The notes under the pieces are model-generated. The model was not told the origin of the DNA. It did not search any database and saw nothing but the letters and a program-made list of their open reading frames with translations. Below, piece by piece: positions 39,581 to 53,222 of a stretch of 64,000 nucleotides of DNA. The DNA is from Octopus bimaculoides. Lineage: Eukaryota. Position 1 is the first letter of the stretch. The number at the start of each line of letters is the position of its first letter. Both the position numbers and the translations under genes were made by a program. The stretch lies in contig NC_068989.1 of NCBI RefSeq assembly GCF_001194135.2, positions 8,173,905 to 8,237,904 on the forward strand. Direction: 5' to 3'.

Positions 39581-39592
39581 GGTATGACAATC

Positions 39593-39632
<40 letters not shown>

Positions 39633-39701
39633 NNNNNNNNNNNTCCTCTTCAAAACGATGAATGTGTGTGTATAGATATATCTTATACACACACATTAAC
39701 G

Positions 39702-39744
<43 letters not shown>

Positions 39745-40884
39745 GTATGATAAATAATCTCCATTCTAATCAACTTATGAATACATGCTGTGGTCATATC
39801 GGTTGACCAGAGTAAACATTATTTATCTTTAAAATAAGATAATTCCATTAATAATTATCTTCTATTTCGTTTACGAATTTCTGTTTAAAAGTGTGTGATA
39901 CTGTCATTCACACTTTCAGACTCTGCCATCTCTCTTATCCGAGGGAGAGTATATTTCCGTTGTTAAATATAAACAGAGAATGGCGGTTAATTTATTTCGA
40001 TGCGAGCATGTTAACCAGTGACGTTGAGAGATAAAATATTGGATACGGATTTAAATCCAGAAGTGATTCAGAATCTGATTATGTAGACGAGTATTTCAAA
40101 AAGAATGTCGTTGCCTAGTTGTCTTGAAAGTGGAATAGAGCTAATTTATTTAGTTTTGCAGATTTATGTATGCACTGCAACATGCTTTGAATTTTGTTCG
40201 GTAAATATATGAAGTTCGAAGGGAAACGGACAATGATCGTAACTCAGTTGAACTCTGATCTCTCATTAATACGACTTTTCGACGGGAAGAAACTATTGAT
40301 GAGGACGAATAAATAGAATGAGTTGCTTGTTTAATGAACAACAGTCTGTGAGACCAGTTAGATGAATGGATGATCTCTACAGACAATGTCCGTTACATTA
40401 TTTGAGATGTTGAAGCAATGTCCAATATAATAGTAAGTTTTCGAATTCTCTTCCATTTTGTTCTTCTCTCGAAACACAAGAAAATGTGCATAAGTTCCAT
40501 CTTAATTTATTAAATGTCATTCACCGGATAATTATCATTGAATTTCAATTCTTCTTTCTGTATATTTAACACTGAAACAGTTATATTATTCATTTCCGTT
40601 CTTGTAGTATTTGCAAAAGAAGTACCAATATAAATGTTATAATTAGCCAAGTATTTCTTAAAACTTATTTAAATTTCACACGAAAATTTTCTGTTCGTAT
40701 TGTGCAGTCTTTCTGAACTATTTTCCTTCGTTTTAAACAAAATAAAGATAAGTTTTCATTCGAACAATTCCACATAAATTCTTGCGGCATACGTTTCATT
40801 AGTTACATTAACAATGGTGTTTTTGGATTCATTGGTTTAATAGACTTAGATGTTGCAATCCACGACAATACAATATTAGTGTCC

Positions 40885-41093
40885 AAATTTGGCACAAGGC
40901 CGGCAAGTTCGGGACAGGTGATAAGTCGATTAAATCGACTCCAGTGTTCGACTGGTATTTATTTTATCGACGCCGAAAGGGACGAAAGGCAAAGTCAACC
41001 TCCGTGGAATTTGAACTCAGAACATAAAGACAGACGAAATACCGTTAAACATTTCGACCGGCGTGTAAACGTTTCTACCAGCCCGCCGCCTTT
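40885..41093 (-). mobile_element. tRNA-derived SINE family B, full length
   Basis: GCACAAGGCC...AAGTCGATTAAATCGAC...GGAATTTGAACTCAGAAC...CCAGCCCGCCGCCT. Confidence 0.9.
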
Positions 41094-42096
41094 AAATATT
41101 CTTATATGAGAGGTATGTAACCTACTTCAAGTTTCATGATCGTACAGTGCAGTAATCAGATGGCCACGAATAGTACAACATGCACAGATTGGCGATCGTT
41201 ACTGATCAAATGATATGGCTACTCCTCAACCAAATATGAGAAAAAACGAGAAAAATCACGGGACAAAATGAGAAAACGTTTGGGGAAAAGGGATATACAT
41301 TATGTTCCTTTAATCCGTTAAATGAAGGATTTTGTTAATGTTAATATCAAGTTCTTGTTTTCGATCTAGACGACGCCCCACTCACCGATAAGACGCGTGG
41401 TTTAAGTGTATTAAACCGTGCCAACAGTCTACGTCCACTAGGCATACTTCTTTTCGGATATAAACACTCGACATTAACAATAATTGAATCCTTCTCTTCT
41501 GTTTGCATCCAAGTTACTTATACTGCTATCAACAACCGCGATACTAAAGGCATTACATGACTATCCATGCTCTCAATATGCCTGTCATCTGATATGAGCT
41601 TATTGTATGCACATCAGCATCTCGACGTATAAAAATAATTTAAGTCAACATACAGGCCTGTTGCCTTTGACTTCATATAATAGAAGCGTTTATCATTTTA
41701 TAATGGAATCGATTTCATTCAACGCCAGTTTAAAATCATTAGTCACCTCATTCTAATCACTTTTTTAAATGAATAAACTAGTTACAAATCAAAGCAACTA
41801 AGTTGCACAAATTTTAACATGAGCTAATTGAATATTTTATTGTCTCAACTAATGTAATTTAATTGTGGAAAACAATTCAACATCCATAACAACAAAATGG
41901 TTTTTTCATCTTTTCCCTTTCGATGTTTTTATTAACGTAATGTCCTTTACTTCATCGCTTAATACACCGGAAGGTTATTTTGTTTTAAAACTAGCAATAA
42001 AACTAATTTAATTTAAATTTAATGAAGCGAATGTCATGGTACTGATGTACCAATACATTCATTTATAGAATGAGTTAATATTGCATGTAATATTCT

Positions 42097-42465
42097 ATTC
42101 TACTCTTCGCACAAGGCCTGACATCTTGGGGAAGGCGCTTGTCGCTTACATCGACCCCAGTGTTCAACTGGTACTAATTTTATCGATCCCCAAAAGATGA
42201 AAGGTAAAGTAGACCTCGGGGGAATTTGAACTCAGAGCGTCAGACGAAATACCGTAAGTATTTCGCTTGCGTGCTAACGTTTCTGCCGGCTCACCGCTTT
42301 TATCCTTTCTACTGAAGGAACAAGGCCCGAAATTTTGTGGGTGAGGTGGAGTGGGGGGCTTTTCGTTTACATCGACCCCAGTGTTCAACTGGTACTAATT
42401 TTATCGACCCCTGAAGGATGAAAGGCAAAGTAAACCTCAGCGGCATTTGACCTCAGAGCGTAAAG
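42097..42465 (-). mobile_element. Two tandem SINE family B copies (42097-42300; 42301-42465, 5'-truncated)
   Basis: TACATCGACCCCAGTGTTCAACTGGTACTAATTTTATCGA occurs in both copies. Confidence 0.9.
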
Positions 42466-42830
42466 AGCTTGCTTCCCAACCACAAGGTTCTGGGTTCAGT
42501 CCCACTGTGTGGCACCTTGAGCAAGTGCCTTTTGCTATCGCCTGGAATTGACCAAATTCTTGTCAGTGGATTTGGTTGACGGAAACTGAAAGAAGCCCGC
42601 CGTATATATGTATGTAAGTGTGTGTGTCTGACTGTGTTTGTTCCCCCACCATCGCTTGACAGCCGATGCTGGTCTTTTTACGTACCGGTGACCTAGCGGT
42701 TCGGCACAAGGGAGATAGAATACGTACTAGGCTTACAAAGAAGAATTCCTGGGCGAGGCGATTTGTTCGACTAAAGGCGGTGCTCCAGCATGGCCGCAAT
42801 CAAATGACTGAAAAAAGAATAAAGCAATAA
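42466..42830 (+). mobile_element. SINE family A lacking its A-box head
   Basis: Starts at AGCTTGCTTCCCAACCAC; otherwise complete through GGCGGTGCTCCAGCATGGCCGCAATCAAATGACTGAAA. Confidence 0.9.
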
Positions 42831-43752
42831 AACAATATATATATATATATATATACATTCACGTTTATATGTTTGTATAGGAATATCGGTATCACATATA
42901 ACCAGAATTATTGATCTCATGATATGGATGCAACATTATAGATCTGCGAGAAATGCAATTTCCTGTTTTTCTTTCTGATTTTTATTTGTATCATTTTACA
43001 GAAGTATATTTATCAATGGAACGCTGTAATGACAGCAAAGAGTTAGTTGGCATGAGTTAGGCGTTCGATTAAATATGGAGGCAGAATTTTTTTTCGCACA
43101 CTGCAATCCAATGACATCTCGCATACGAACAAATGTACCATTTAGTACTGCACTATAATATTCTTATTATTTGCGTTCGTGAGATCCCTTTCAGCGTCTT
43201 CATATTTAATGCACGGATTCACACAGTGTTTACTCATTTTGCAACATTCTGCTCTTTATAATTGATTATTTAATTCATTTAAATTTCTTTTTTCTTCCTT
43301 TCTTATGTATTTCATTTATTTATTACAATATTATAAATGTTCCGATAACAACTCTGTTGGTATCTCAAGTGGAGTAAGTGAAGCAACGTCAAGCAATTTA
43401 AAGATTTATATCTTCCACTAACGTTTGAATTTCTCTCTTTTTCTTTCTCTCCTCTCCAAGGTAGCCCAGACAAAAACATGTACAAAAAAAGGCAATGCAT
43501 ATGGATTTACTCTTCATTCTCTGTATAAATATAAATNNNNNNNNNNNNNNNNNNNNNNNNNNNNNNNNNNNNNNNNNNNNNNNNNNNNNNNNNNNNNNNN
43601 NNNNNNNNNNNNNNNNNNNNNNNNNNNNNNNNNNNNNNNNNNNNNNNNNNNNNNNNNNNNNNNNNNNNNNNNNNNNNNNNNNNNNNNNNNNNNNNNNNNN
43701 NNNNNNNNNNNNNNNNNNNNNNNNNNNNNNNNNNNNNNNNNNNNNNNNNNNN

Positions 43753-43812
<60 letters not shown>

Positions 43813-44007
43813 ATACAATTTTATGATTGGTGTTTAAGCCCGTCATGTAGCCATATATAACAGATTTCGCGTTGGACTCCGAACATTCGAATGCTGTCTA
43901 GAATGCGGAATTGGCTACAATATTTGAACAGAGCAAAATGCACTTGAAAGAGAACCAAGAAACTATATTATGTGTGATATCAGATATATTATTTATATGG
44001 ACACACA

Positions 44008-44053
<46 letters not shown>

Positions 44054-45545
44054 TACATATGTGTGTCTGTATGTATATGTGTGCGTGTATATATATGCCT
44101 GCGTATATATCTCTGTGAATATATATGTATGTATATATATATATGTATGAATAAGCATAATGTAAAGCGGCTCTTAGCTCCCTGATTTCCCCCTCGTCCT
44201 TCCATATAAAATAGTGAATGAATTAGGATTTTATTTTCCCCCATTACATAAAAAGATGTCTTCAATAACTACGAAAGAAGTTTTTGGCTACGCTAAAGAT
44301 GGGACGACCGTTGAGAGACACTTTAGAGACTGAATACTATAAATTCATTTATTGATTCTTGAAGGAATTGAACACACACATATTGTGTCTTGCGTTGGAC
44401 ATGTGGTGTTGTTCCTGTGATTTTCCACCCTTATGTATCCATTTTTGCTGTAAGATGTATATATNNNNNNNNNNNNNNNNNNNNNNNNNNNNNNNNNNNN
44501 NNNNNNNNNNNNNNNNNNNNNNNNNNNNNNNNNNNNNNNNNNNNNNNNNNNNNNNNNNNNNNNNNNNNNNNNNNNNNNNNNNNNNNNNNNNNNNNNNNNN
44601 NNNNNNNNNNNNNNNNNNNNNNNNNNNNNNNNNNNNNNNNNNNNNNNNNNNNNNNNNNNNNNNNNNNNNNNNNNNNNNNNNNNNNNNNNNNNNNNNNNNN
44701 NNNNNNNNNNNNNNNNNNNNNNNNNNNNNNNNNNNNNNNNNNNNNNNNNNNNNNNNNNNNNNNNNNNNNNNNNNNNNNNNNNNNNNNNNNNNNNNNNNNN
44801 NNNNNNNNNNNNNNNNNNNNNNNNNNNNNNNNNNNNNNNNNNNNNNNNNNNNNNNNNNNNNNNNNNNNNNNNNNNNNNNNNNNNNNNNNNNNNNNNNNNN
44901 NNNNNNNCACACACACATATTTGTGCATAATTGTATGTAAATGCATGTATCAATGTATGTATGTTCGTATGCGTGCATGCGTATGTAGTCGTAGTTTTAT
45001 CAGGACACATCAATTTTACTCACAGAAGCGTCGAACGTGCTTTCTAGAAATGTTTATTGGGGAACTTGGATAAATCCATGAATCCATTCGTCAGAACAGA
45101 CACACACACACACACACACACAAACGCACACACACACAAACGCACACACACACACATGTAGACAATCCTTCCCGTGCACGTCCTTATACACATATACGTA
45201 TATATTGAACTGTTATAAATTGTAAGGTAAGAGAATCAAATCGACTTGTATTTGCGCATATGAGAATTCAGTGGTGAAATGACATTGATATTAAGCAAGT
45301 AAATATGAAGTTAATATGTCCTAATCAATTTTGTTCGATGAAATGTCTATCCTTTGAGCCACGACTCAAGTGTCATTCAAGATCTTTGTACTACAGGAAA
45401 TCCGAAACTTATACAAATTTTTCCCCTATGCATTAAAGCTGATATGGATTTGGACGAAATCACTCTCTGGCTTGTATTCTGTTTCTATTAAATCATGTGA
45501 CCACATTGAACTCCTCTTATTGGTCGTTTTCCGTGTAGCTAGCTG

Positions 45546-45775
45546 ACGAGGGTGTGGCTGCGTGGTAAGAATTCTGCCTGTGTTTGTCCTCCATCCGTGT
45601 TGATGTATTTATGTCACCTTAAAATAGCGGTTCAGCAAAACAGACCGATAGAGTAAGTACCAGGCTTTAAAAAATACGTATTGGATTGCGAACGATTCCT
45701 TCAAATAAAAATTCATCAAGGTGGTGCCCCAGGATGGCCACTATCTAATGACTGGAACAAGTAAAACATAAAAGA
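45546..45775 (+). mobile_element. Internally deleted SINE family A
   Basis: GTGGCTGCGTGGTAAG head joined to TGTGTTTGTCC and the 3' tail GGTGGTGCCCCAGGATGGCC..AATGACTGGAACAAGT. Confidence 0.7.
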
Positions 45776-45879
45776 TGATTTACCAAGAAGTATTCAGGTT
45801 CACCGTTATGAGATGACAAGGGTATTTTCGGCAATCCTTCGCATCTGAAATTAGATATTATTCTCTCGTTAATTTACAT

Positions 45880-46531
45880 TTCTATCTCTTTCCTTTGCGT
45901 CTGTTTAATTAGTTTTCTTCCTTCTTCTCCATCTGTCTCCTCATTTATTTCGTTTTCCGTCCTTGTTGTTTGTGTTTTCAGTTGCTATCCTTCATTTTCT
46001 ACCACTCGTTCTTCCAATGCAATTATATATCGTTCAGTCTCGTCATTTCATTTCTATTTATCTTTTGTCTCCCTTAATGCTAATTCGAAACTCTATCGTC
46101 GCGTTTCTATCTTTCTTTTACTACCTAATTCTCTCTCAGCCCTTTAACATTTCTTTCTTTCTTTCTTTCTCCCCTTCTTTCTCTTTCCTTGTCCTATTCA
46201 ACATGGTTACCTTAAATTATTATTTTTCTTTATATTTTCTTTGTGTTCCTTACCGATCCTATCCTCCCCTCTGCTGTTTTTTTTTCTTGCTTTTCTTCTT
46301 TCATCCTCTTCGTACCTCCTTCCCCCACTCCCCATGTTGTCATCAATCTCATTGCCTTTATCCTTTGAATACTCCACCCCCTTTCAGTCATTTCCTTTCA
46401 TCATTTTCTGTTTCTTCCTTGACAATACAATAGTTTATTCCCTTCTACCTATCTTGCCATTCCAGTTCCTACATAGCCTGATGCTTTTATTTTTTATTTT
46501 TCTATGTTCCTTTTAGTTTACTTTCTTGCTT

Positions 46532-46602
<71 letters not shown>

Positions 46603-46760
46603 CCCACCTATCTATCTATTTGCTTACTTAGCGTTCGTTGTTTTACATTTGTTTCCCTGATATTTTCCACTTTTCATTATATGTCTTCTCCAATACTCTT
46701 TCTTCTCTTTCTTGTTTTCCATTTTTTCTGCCCCCGCCCTCGACACTCTCTCGATTTCAT
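45880..46760. repeat. Long pyrimidine-skewed low-complexity tract including (ATCT)n
   Basis: About 900 bp dominated by T/C on the plus strand; the ORFs here are F/S/L-rich artefacts. Confidence 0.8.
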
Positions 46761-47265
46761 TTGTTCGATGCAATCATCGTTGAGAAATACCAGTCCAAAG
46801 TTGTTTATATCGTAGGCTTTTGATATCGTTATGCATTGGCATAAGATATCTTTTGATAGTCTCACCAACGATGATTATTAACCATTCTCAAAGAGACTCG
46901 AAGTGAAAATCTCGACGATTCATTCTATTTGCTTCTTATTTATCCAGGTTCGTTATAAATCGGTGATACTAACGCACACATAAACACTCGCTTACTTACG
47001 AAATCCCTTACTCACACACACAGCAACTTACATATGTACGCTTAATATATTCATAAGAATATCTCGTGTAATATATGTATATGCGTATGCATACATGTGA
47101 ATGCGTGTGTGTGCGTGTGAGTGCGTATTTACACATACGGATATACATATAGCGTTTCCAATATATTAGATAATAAATATAACGCGTGTGTGTATACATA
47201 TATATATGTATGTTATGTATATGTATGTATATATGTATATGTATATCTATCTATCTATCTATCTA

Positions 47266-47312
<47 letters not shown>

Positions 47313-47397
47313 NNNNNNNNNNNNNNNNNNNNNNNNNNNNNNNNNNNNNNNNNNNNNNNNNNNNNNNNNNTATATACATATACATATATATATATAT

Positions 47398-47511
<114 letters not shown>

Positions 47512-47831
47512 GCGTGTGCGTATATATAATCATATATGTCTGCATACACACATATATCGGCACACACAGAGAATAGATGGAATGAAAGTTGCTTGGGTGA
47601 TACAGTAAAATTTCCCAGTTTATAAAGAAAGAATTTGTGAACGAAGCTTGTCTTGTCATTAAGAAAGCGTCCAACCATAATTAGCGAAGTATCTTTCAGA
47701 CATTTTGCACGATAGATAATGGTCATATTTCTCTATTGATATGAAGCAGTAAAGTAATCCGCTTATTTCTCATCCAAGACCTCTTTCATATAGCTTTACT
47801 ACCTTTCCATTCTTCTACTTCTTGCTGTTGT

Positions 47832-47875
<44 letters not shown>

Positions 47876-49609
47876 TGTTTGTTTTATAGTAAAACTATTT
47901 TTGTAGTTAGCATCGAACTTAGTTCATAATACCTGTTCATGTTATGATTAGCCTAACGATAGCAAGCTGAGCTTAAATAGTAAACGAACGATTTTACTAC
48001 GGATTAGTTCAAATGTTCACAGAGATACACACATACATACGGTGATCGGCTATCACATGCCATCATACAGCTAGGCTATTTCCATTTACTGGATATAAAT
48101 GTGGAATTCTGTTAGTGTATACAGAATTTGGATAAAAATTTACAAAGCAGGAAGATAGAATCAACGGGCTTTAATTACAAAGCACAACAGTTGTTTCTGT
48201 GCAGTGGTAACAGCTGTTAGTTGCAGAGTTTACCATGTCGTACTATTACATAATTGTTTATATAGATAATTACATAAACAAATATGATCCAACAGTTGTG
48301 TAGCGGCACGTCATCGGGTGAATGGTTTTGTTAGCGCGCGCACTCACGCACACACGCACGCACACATACTCACACACTCAGACACACACATACTCATACA
48401 TCACATATGAAACACAAAAATTGAGATTTAATCATAATTTAAGCGCTACGTACGTTTCAAATAACGTAGTGTATCTCAAAAATGCTACAATGCAACATTT
48501 GTACACACATAATCGTTTTCATGTTTAATCTATTAAAAGTTTACAGAGAAGAACGCAACATCATCGTATTCTTATCAGACTATATGACCACTAAAGCTTA
48601 ATTAAGAATAGGATGGTGCTGTATCCCTCTCTGTACCATTTTAATCGATCAAATATGGGATCGATGATATCTTTGGTTTCAAAAATCGGCCATGGTATAT
48701 ATATATATATATATATNNNNNNNNNNNNNNNNNNNNNNNNNNNNNNNNNNNNNNNNNNNNNNNNNNNNNNNNNNNNNNNNNNNNNNNNNNNNNNNNAATT
48801 GTATCTGAATGCATTAATGAATCAATTGTGCTATGAATACATAGTCATCGGGAAGGAGAAGCTGTTTCCATATGACAAATACAACACCGACTAACATATT
48901 CACATTCAAATCGTTCAAATGCATTAAAAACAGATATGCAAGTCATGATTTCAAATCTCGCTCTTCACCGCCCATATGACGATTTGCTATACGTTGATCA
49001 GCTCTGATCTTTAAACAGTTTGTTTACTGATTTATAAACAAAGCCACCGGTTCTTGTCTGATTCACTAATCCTGTTTGTTCTGAATGATGAGCCACAACA
49101 TATGGAAACGCTTATATTTCAGAATTCCTTGTAACAGTGTACCGTGTGGACAGTTGTGAACGCATAGTCGTTACAAAGAAGAAGCTTTCCTCTTGTGACA
49201 AGTACACCAGTGATTAGCATATTTACGTTCAAATCTGACGAAATGTATACAGAATAGACATGCAAGTCACTGTTTCGAATCTTGCTGTTCCCTGTACATG
49301 TGACAGTTTATCATCAATAAACTTATTTTTATCAAATCCAATACTGTAGTCAGCCGTATTACATTTAGTCGTATTAATTTCTTTTATATTTGTCAAACTA
49401 TGTTTATGACATAGATCAGGGTATGTCCACATTAGGAGTGGAATACAGTAAGTTAAATAAACCACAGTATTTGACTGATATTTAATTTATCAGTTCTTGA
49501 AAGATGGAAGACTATATGGAACTCAACAAGACTTGAACTAAAACTTGCGGAGTTCTTAGGTGCGTATTCTACTAGTTTTGTTATTCTACTACTCTGCGAC
49601 TGTCTATAG

Positions 49610-49815
49610 TACTGGTTTCAAGTTTTAGCACAAGGCTAACAAGTTCGAGAAAGGGATTAAGTCGATTATATCGACCTCAGTCCACAACTGTTACTCATTT
49701 TATAGACCCCGAAAGGATGAAAGACAAAATCAATTCCGGCGGAATTTGACTTCAGAAGGTAAAAAACTCATAAAATGAGTAGCTACAGATTGCTAAGCAT
49801 TTTGCCCGGCGCCGA
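49610..49815 (-). mobile_element. Degenerate SINE family B
   Basis: GCACAAGGCTAAC...AAGTCGATTATATCGACC...CCCCGAAAGGATGAAAG...GCTAAGCATTTTGCCCGGCG. Confidence 0.8.
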
Positions 49816-50210
49816 TTGTCTATAAAATTGATACTTTAAGAAGTAAGATTTAGAACAAAACAAAACGGAACAATTTACTGTATCATTTAGATTATCGAAA
49901 TAGAGCAACGAGAAAAATGAGACGAAAACAAAAATAAATAAAAATAAAACATCATAATACACTTGCTTGTTGTCTCGTCACCTGTCTTCGTCTTTTGTTT
50001 TCTGCAAATTTGAACTATATATATTAATATATTACATGTGTATGTATGTGTGCGTGTGTGTGTGTGTGTAAAAAGAATAAAAAGAATAAAAAAGAGAAAA
50101 TGGAATAAAAATGTGTTAAGTGAGAAAACGATGTTGGATTCAGCTAGACACCATGACGAAATGAAAATGGAAACATGTTGAGTGAAATTAGTTGATGCTG
50201 GTTTGCAGAA

Positions 50211-50242
<32 letters not shown>

Positions 50243-51373
50243 AGCAGGGAAAAGCATAGGAAGGTGTAATGAAGAATTTGCAAATGTCTTCAAGCGAGTA
50301 AAATGTCAAGCGTGTGTGCAGGCTTGGTTAGATGTGTGGGCGAGTGGAAAAATCAAATATTGGAAGGGATAACGTGTGAATATGACCATGTATTTATGCG
50401 TAGAAGGAATATTTGAATACAGAACAGTGGTGAATGGGGTGAAGTATTATGTGTATGGGTGAGTGCTCCGGCCCGATGACAGCTTTTTCTAGTTTTTGAG
50501 ACTGTGGAAAAAACACCCGAGCCTTGTGTCTTTCCAGAGCTTCTTCTGACGGTCATACAAGAAACAAAAGAAAGAAAGTAAGAGAGAAACGAAGAAAGGA
50601 ACGAAGAAAATAAGGAAGAAAGCACCTTGGTGAACTGAGTCTGTGATCAGAATTCATTCTTGCCAATCCATCCGTTTTACTTACTTCGTTAATGAATTTA
50701 GAAAAGGAATGACGATGAAATCGAAGACTTTTCTTTCTCTGTTTCCCTCGCTCTCGAAATATCGAGACTTATTGTCTGTATAAATGTCCATTATACTTTT
50801 GGAATTAAATTTAAAGCTACTGAATTTCGACTAAATCCAGCACGAACGTAAACTTTCTTGTGGAGGAATAGAATTATCGGTAGAGGCTGGTTGTGGCGAC
50901 AATGGTGATAATACTAATACTGCTACCGTAATGAAAAGGATACTAATAAGGTTGTTGCTGCAGCCGTTGATGATGCTGTTGATGATGCTGAGGATGATGC
51001 TGATGGTGATTATGTTAAGATGGGGGTCGTTTATTATTAGTTCAATGACAATCTACTGCAGTGTCAAGAACCATTAAGCTAAATAGACGTAATAGTTGAA
51101 AGTTATCTAATAAGGAATCGCAATGTGCGGTTGGAACATTACCAATGAGATTTAGTAGGTTATTGTAAAAAGCAGTCTTTACTACCAGGACGTTAATATC
51201 ATTGAAGGAATCATGGAATAACGGTAATTATTCACCGACGTTATATTCTTCCTGTTGGTTTAGTATACTTGGATGTAATAGAGTAATCCCTCGCCATATT
51301 GCGATTTATTATTTAAGCTTACGTCGTGGTGCTGTCTTGCATTTATATTAAAATAGATATATACAAGTTTATA

Positions 51374-51683
51374 GGCGCAGGCGTGGTTGTGTGGTAACTA
51401 TTTTGCTTATCAGTCACATGGTTTTGGGTTCAGTCCCACTGCGTGGCACCTTGGATCAGTGTCTTCTACAATAGTTTCGGGCCAACTAAGGCCTTCTGAG
51501 TAAATTTGGTAGACGGAAACTGAAAGAAGCCCGTCGTGTATGTTTATATATGTATATGTTTGTGTGTCTGTGTTTGTCCCCCATCATCACTTAACAACCG
51601 ATGCTGGTGTGTTTACGCCCCTGTAACTTAGCGGATCGGCAAGAGAGACCGATAGAATAAGTACTAGGTGTACAAGGAAAAAA
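51374..51683 (+). mobile_element. SINE family A, 3'-truncated
   Basis: GGCGCAGGCGTGGTTGTGTGGTAA head through GAGACCGATAGAATAAGTACTAGG. Confidence 0.9.
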
Positions 51684-51739
51684 ACTGCCTGGCTTGTGTC
51701 AAAATTTGAAATCAACATTTTACCTTTTTGATTGGAATG

Positions 51740-51860
51740 TCGCCGAGATCGACTTTGCCTTTCATCCTTTAGGGTTCAATAAAATAAATATCAGTTGACT
51801 ACTGGGAAGATGTAGCCGATTTGCCCCGCCTTCCAAATTGCTACCTTGTGCCAAAATAAG
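51740..51860 (+). mobile_element. SINE family B, 3' part (a second degenerate copy lies at ~51880-52030)
   Basis: GCCGAGATCGACTTTGCCTTTCATCCTTT...AAATTGCTACCTTGTGCC. Confidence 0.75.
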
Positions 51861-52539
51861 AAAATAATTATCTACGAATCAACGACAGTGGAATGGCGGA
51901 ATTAGTAGTTTCGAACAGTATTTTTTAAAGTATTTAGTTACGATTCTTTAACTTTTGAGTTCAAATACTGCTAAGGTCAGCTTTGCTTTCTGTGTTTTTG
52001 TTGGCGATAAAATAAAGTACCAGAGGTTATGTATGGAGGAGAATCCGTTTGTAAATTTTGGAACATTTCCCTATGCAGGAAGCAATTATTTTGCCATCCC
52101 TTCGACTCACCATCTAACCCCACCCCCTCACGTCTGACTTCTTTCTCTCCATTAGCTTTTTTTTTCTCCAAAAACTTTACCGCTGTTTTGTTATCGAAAC
52201 AACTTTCAATTGGTAACTTCCTGATTTCCCTTTTCTTGCGTTCTTCTTCGTTGTTTTTTTTTTCCTTCTTTGTTGTTTCTTTCCATCTTTTCCTGCAAAC
52301 TATTTTACTTTCTCTCGTCTTTTATTTCCTTTCATATTCCTCATTTAATTTCAAAACACATACGTACTCCGAGATGTTTTGTAATCACATACATACAGAT
52401 GGGTATTCTACGTTGACCAATATTGTCGGAAAAGCCAAAAGGCAAAACACATGAGTTGCATCAAGCTCCAGCTTTGATTAATTTTTATATTGTGTACCGA
52501 GTTAATCCTCCTTGGTAAGAAATACCACGTCCACACTGA

Positions 52540-52577
<38 letters not shown>

Positions 52578-52917
52578 NNNNNNNNNNNNNNNNNNNNNNN
52601 NNNNNNNNNNNNNNNNNNNNNNNNNNNNNNNNNNNNNNNNNNNNNNNNNNNNNNNNNNNNNNNNNNNNNNNNNNNNNNNNNNNNNNNNNNNNNNNNNNNN
52701 NNNNNNNNNNNNNNNNNNNNNNNNNNNNNNNNNNNNNNNNNNNNNNNNNNNNNNNNNNNNNNNNNNNNNNNNNNNNNNNNNNNNNNNNNNNNNNNNNNNN
52801 NNNNNNNNNNNNNNNNNNNNNNNNNNNNNNNNNNNNNNNNNNNNNNNNNNNNNNNNNNNNNNNNNNNNNNNNNNNNNNNNNNNNNNNNNNNNNNNNNNNN
52901 NNNNNNNNNNNNNNNNN

Positions 52918-53054
52918 CTAACCGCTATGTTACGGGGACGCAAACACACCACCATCGGTTGTCAAGCGATGTTGGGGGACAAACACAGACACACAAACAC
53001 ACACACACACACACACGCACACATACACACACACACACATACACACACACACAT

Positions 53055-53089
<35 letters not shown>

Positions 53090-53222
53090 CGACAAGCTTC
53101 TTCCAGTTTCCGCTTACCAAAATCCACTCACAAGGCTTTGGTCGGTCCGAGGCTATAGTAGAAGACACTTGCCCACGGTGCCACGCAGTGGGACTGAACC
53201 CAGGACCATGTGGTTGGTACAC
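52918..53222 (-). mobile_element. SINE family A with internal (CA)n, head truncated
   Basis: Reverse complement of GGTTCAGTCCCACTGCGTGGCACC..GGGCAAGTGTCTTCTACTATAGCCTCGG. Confidence 0.9.

Noticed and set aside
45020-45100. Minus-strand CUGACGA...GAAAGC...GCUU
   Set aside because: No convincing helix II or helix I.
50415-50465. Plus-strand micro-exon ending at TGG|GTGAGT
   Set aside because: The acceptor lacks a pyrimidine tract and there is no supporting neighbour exon.
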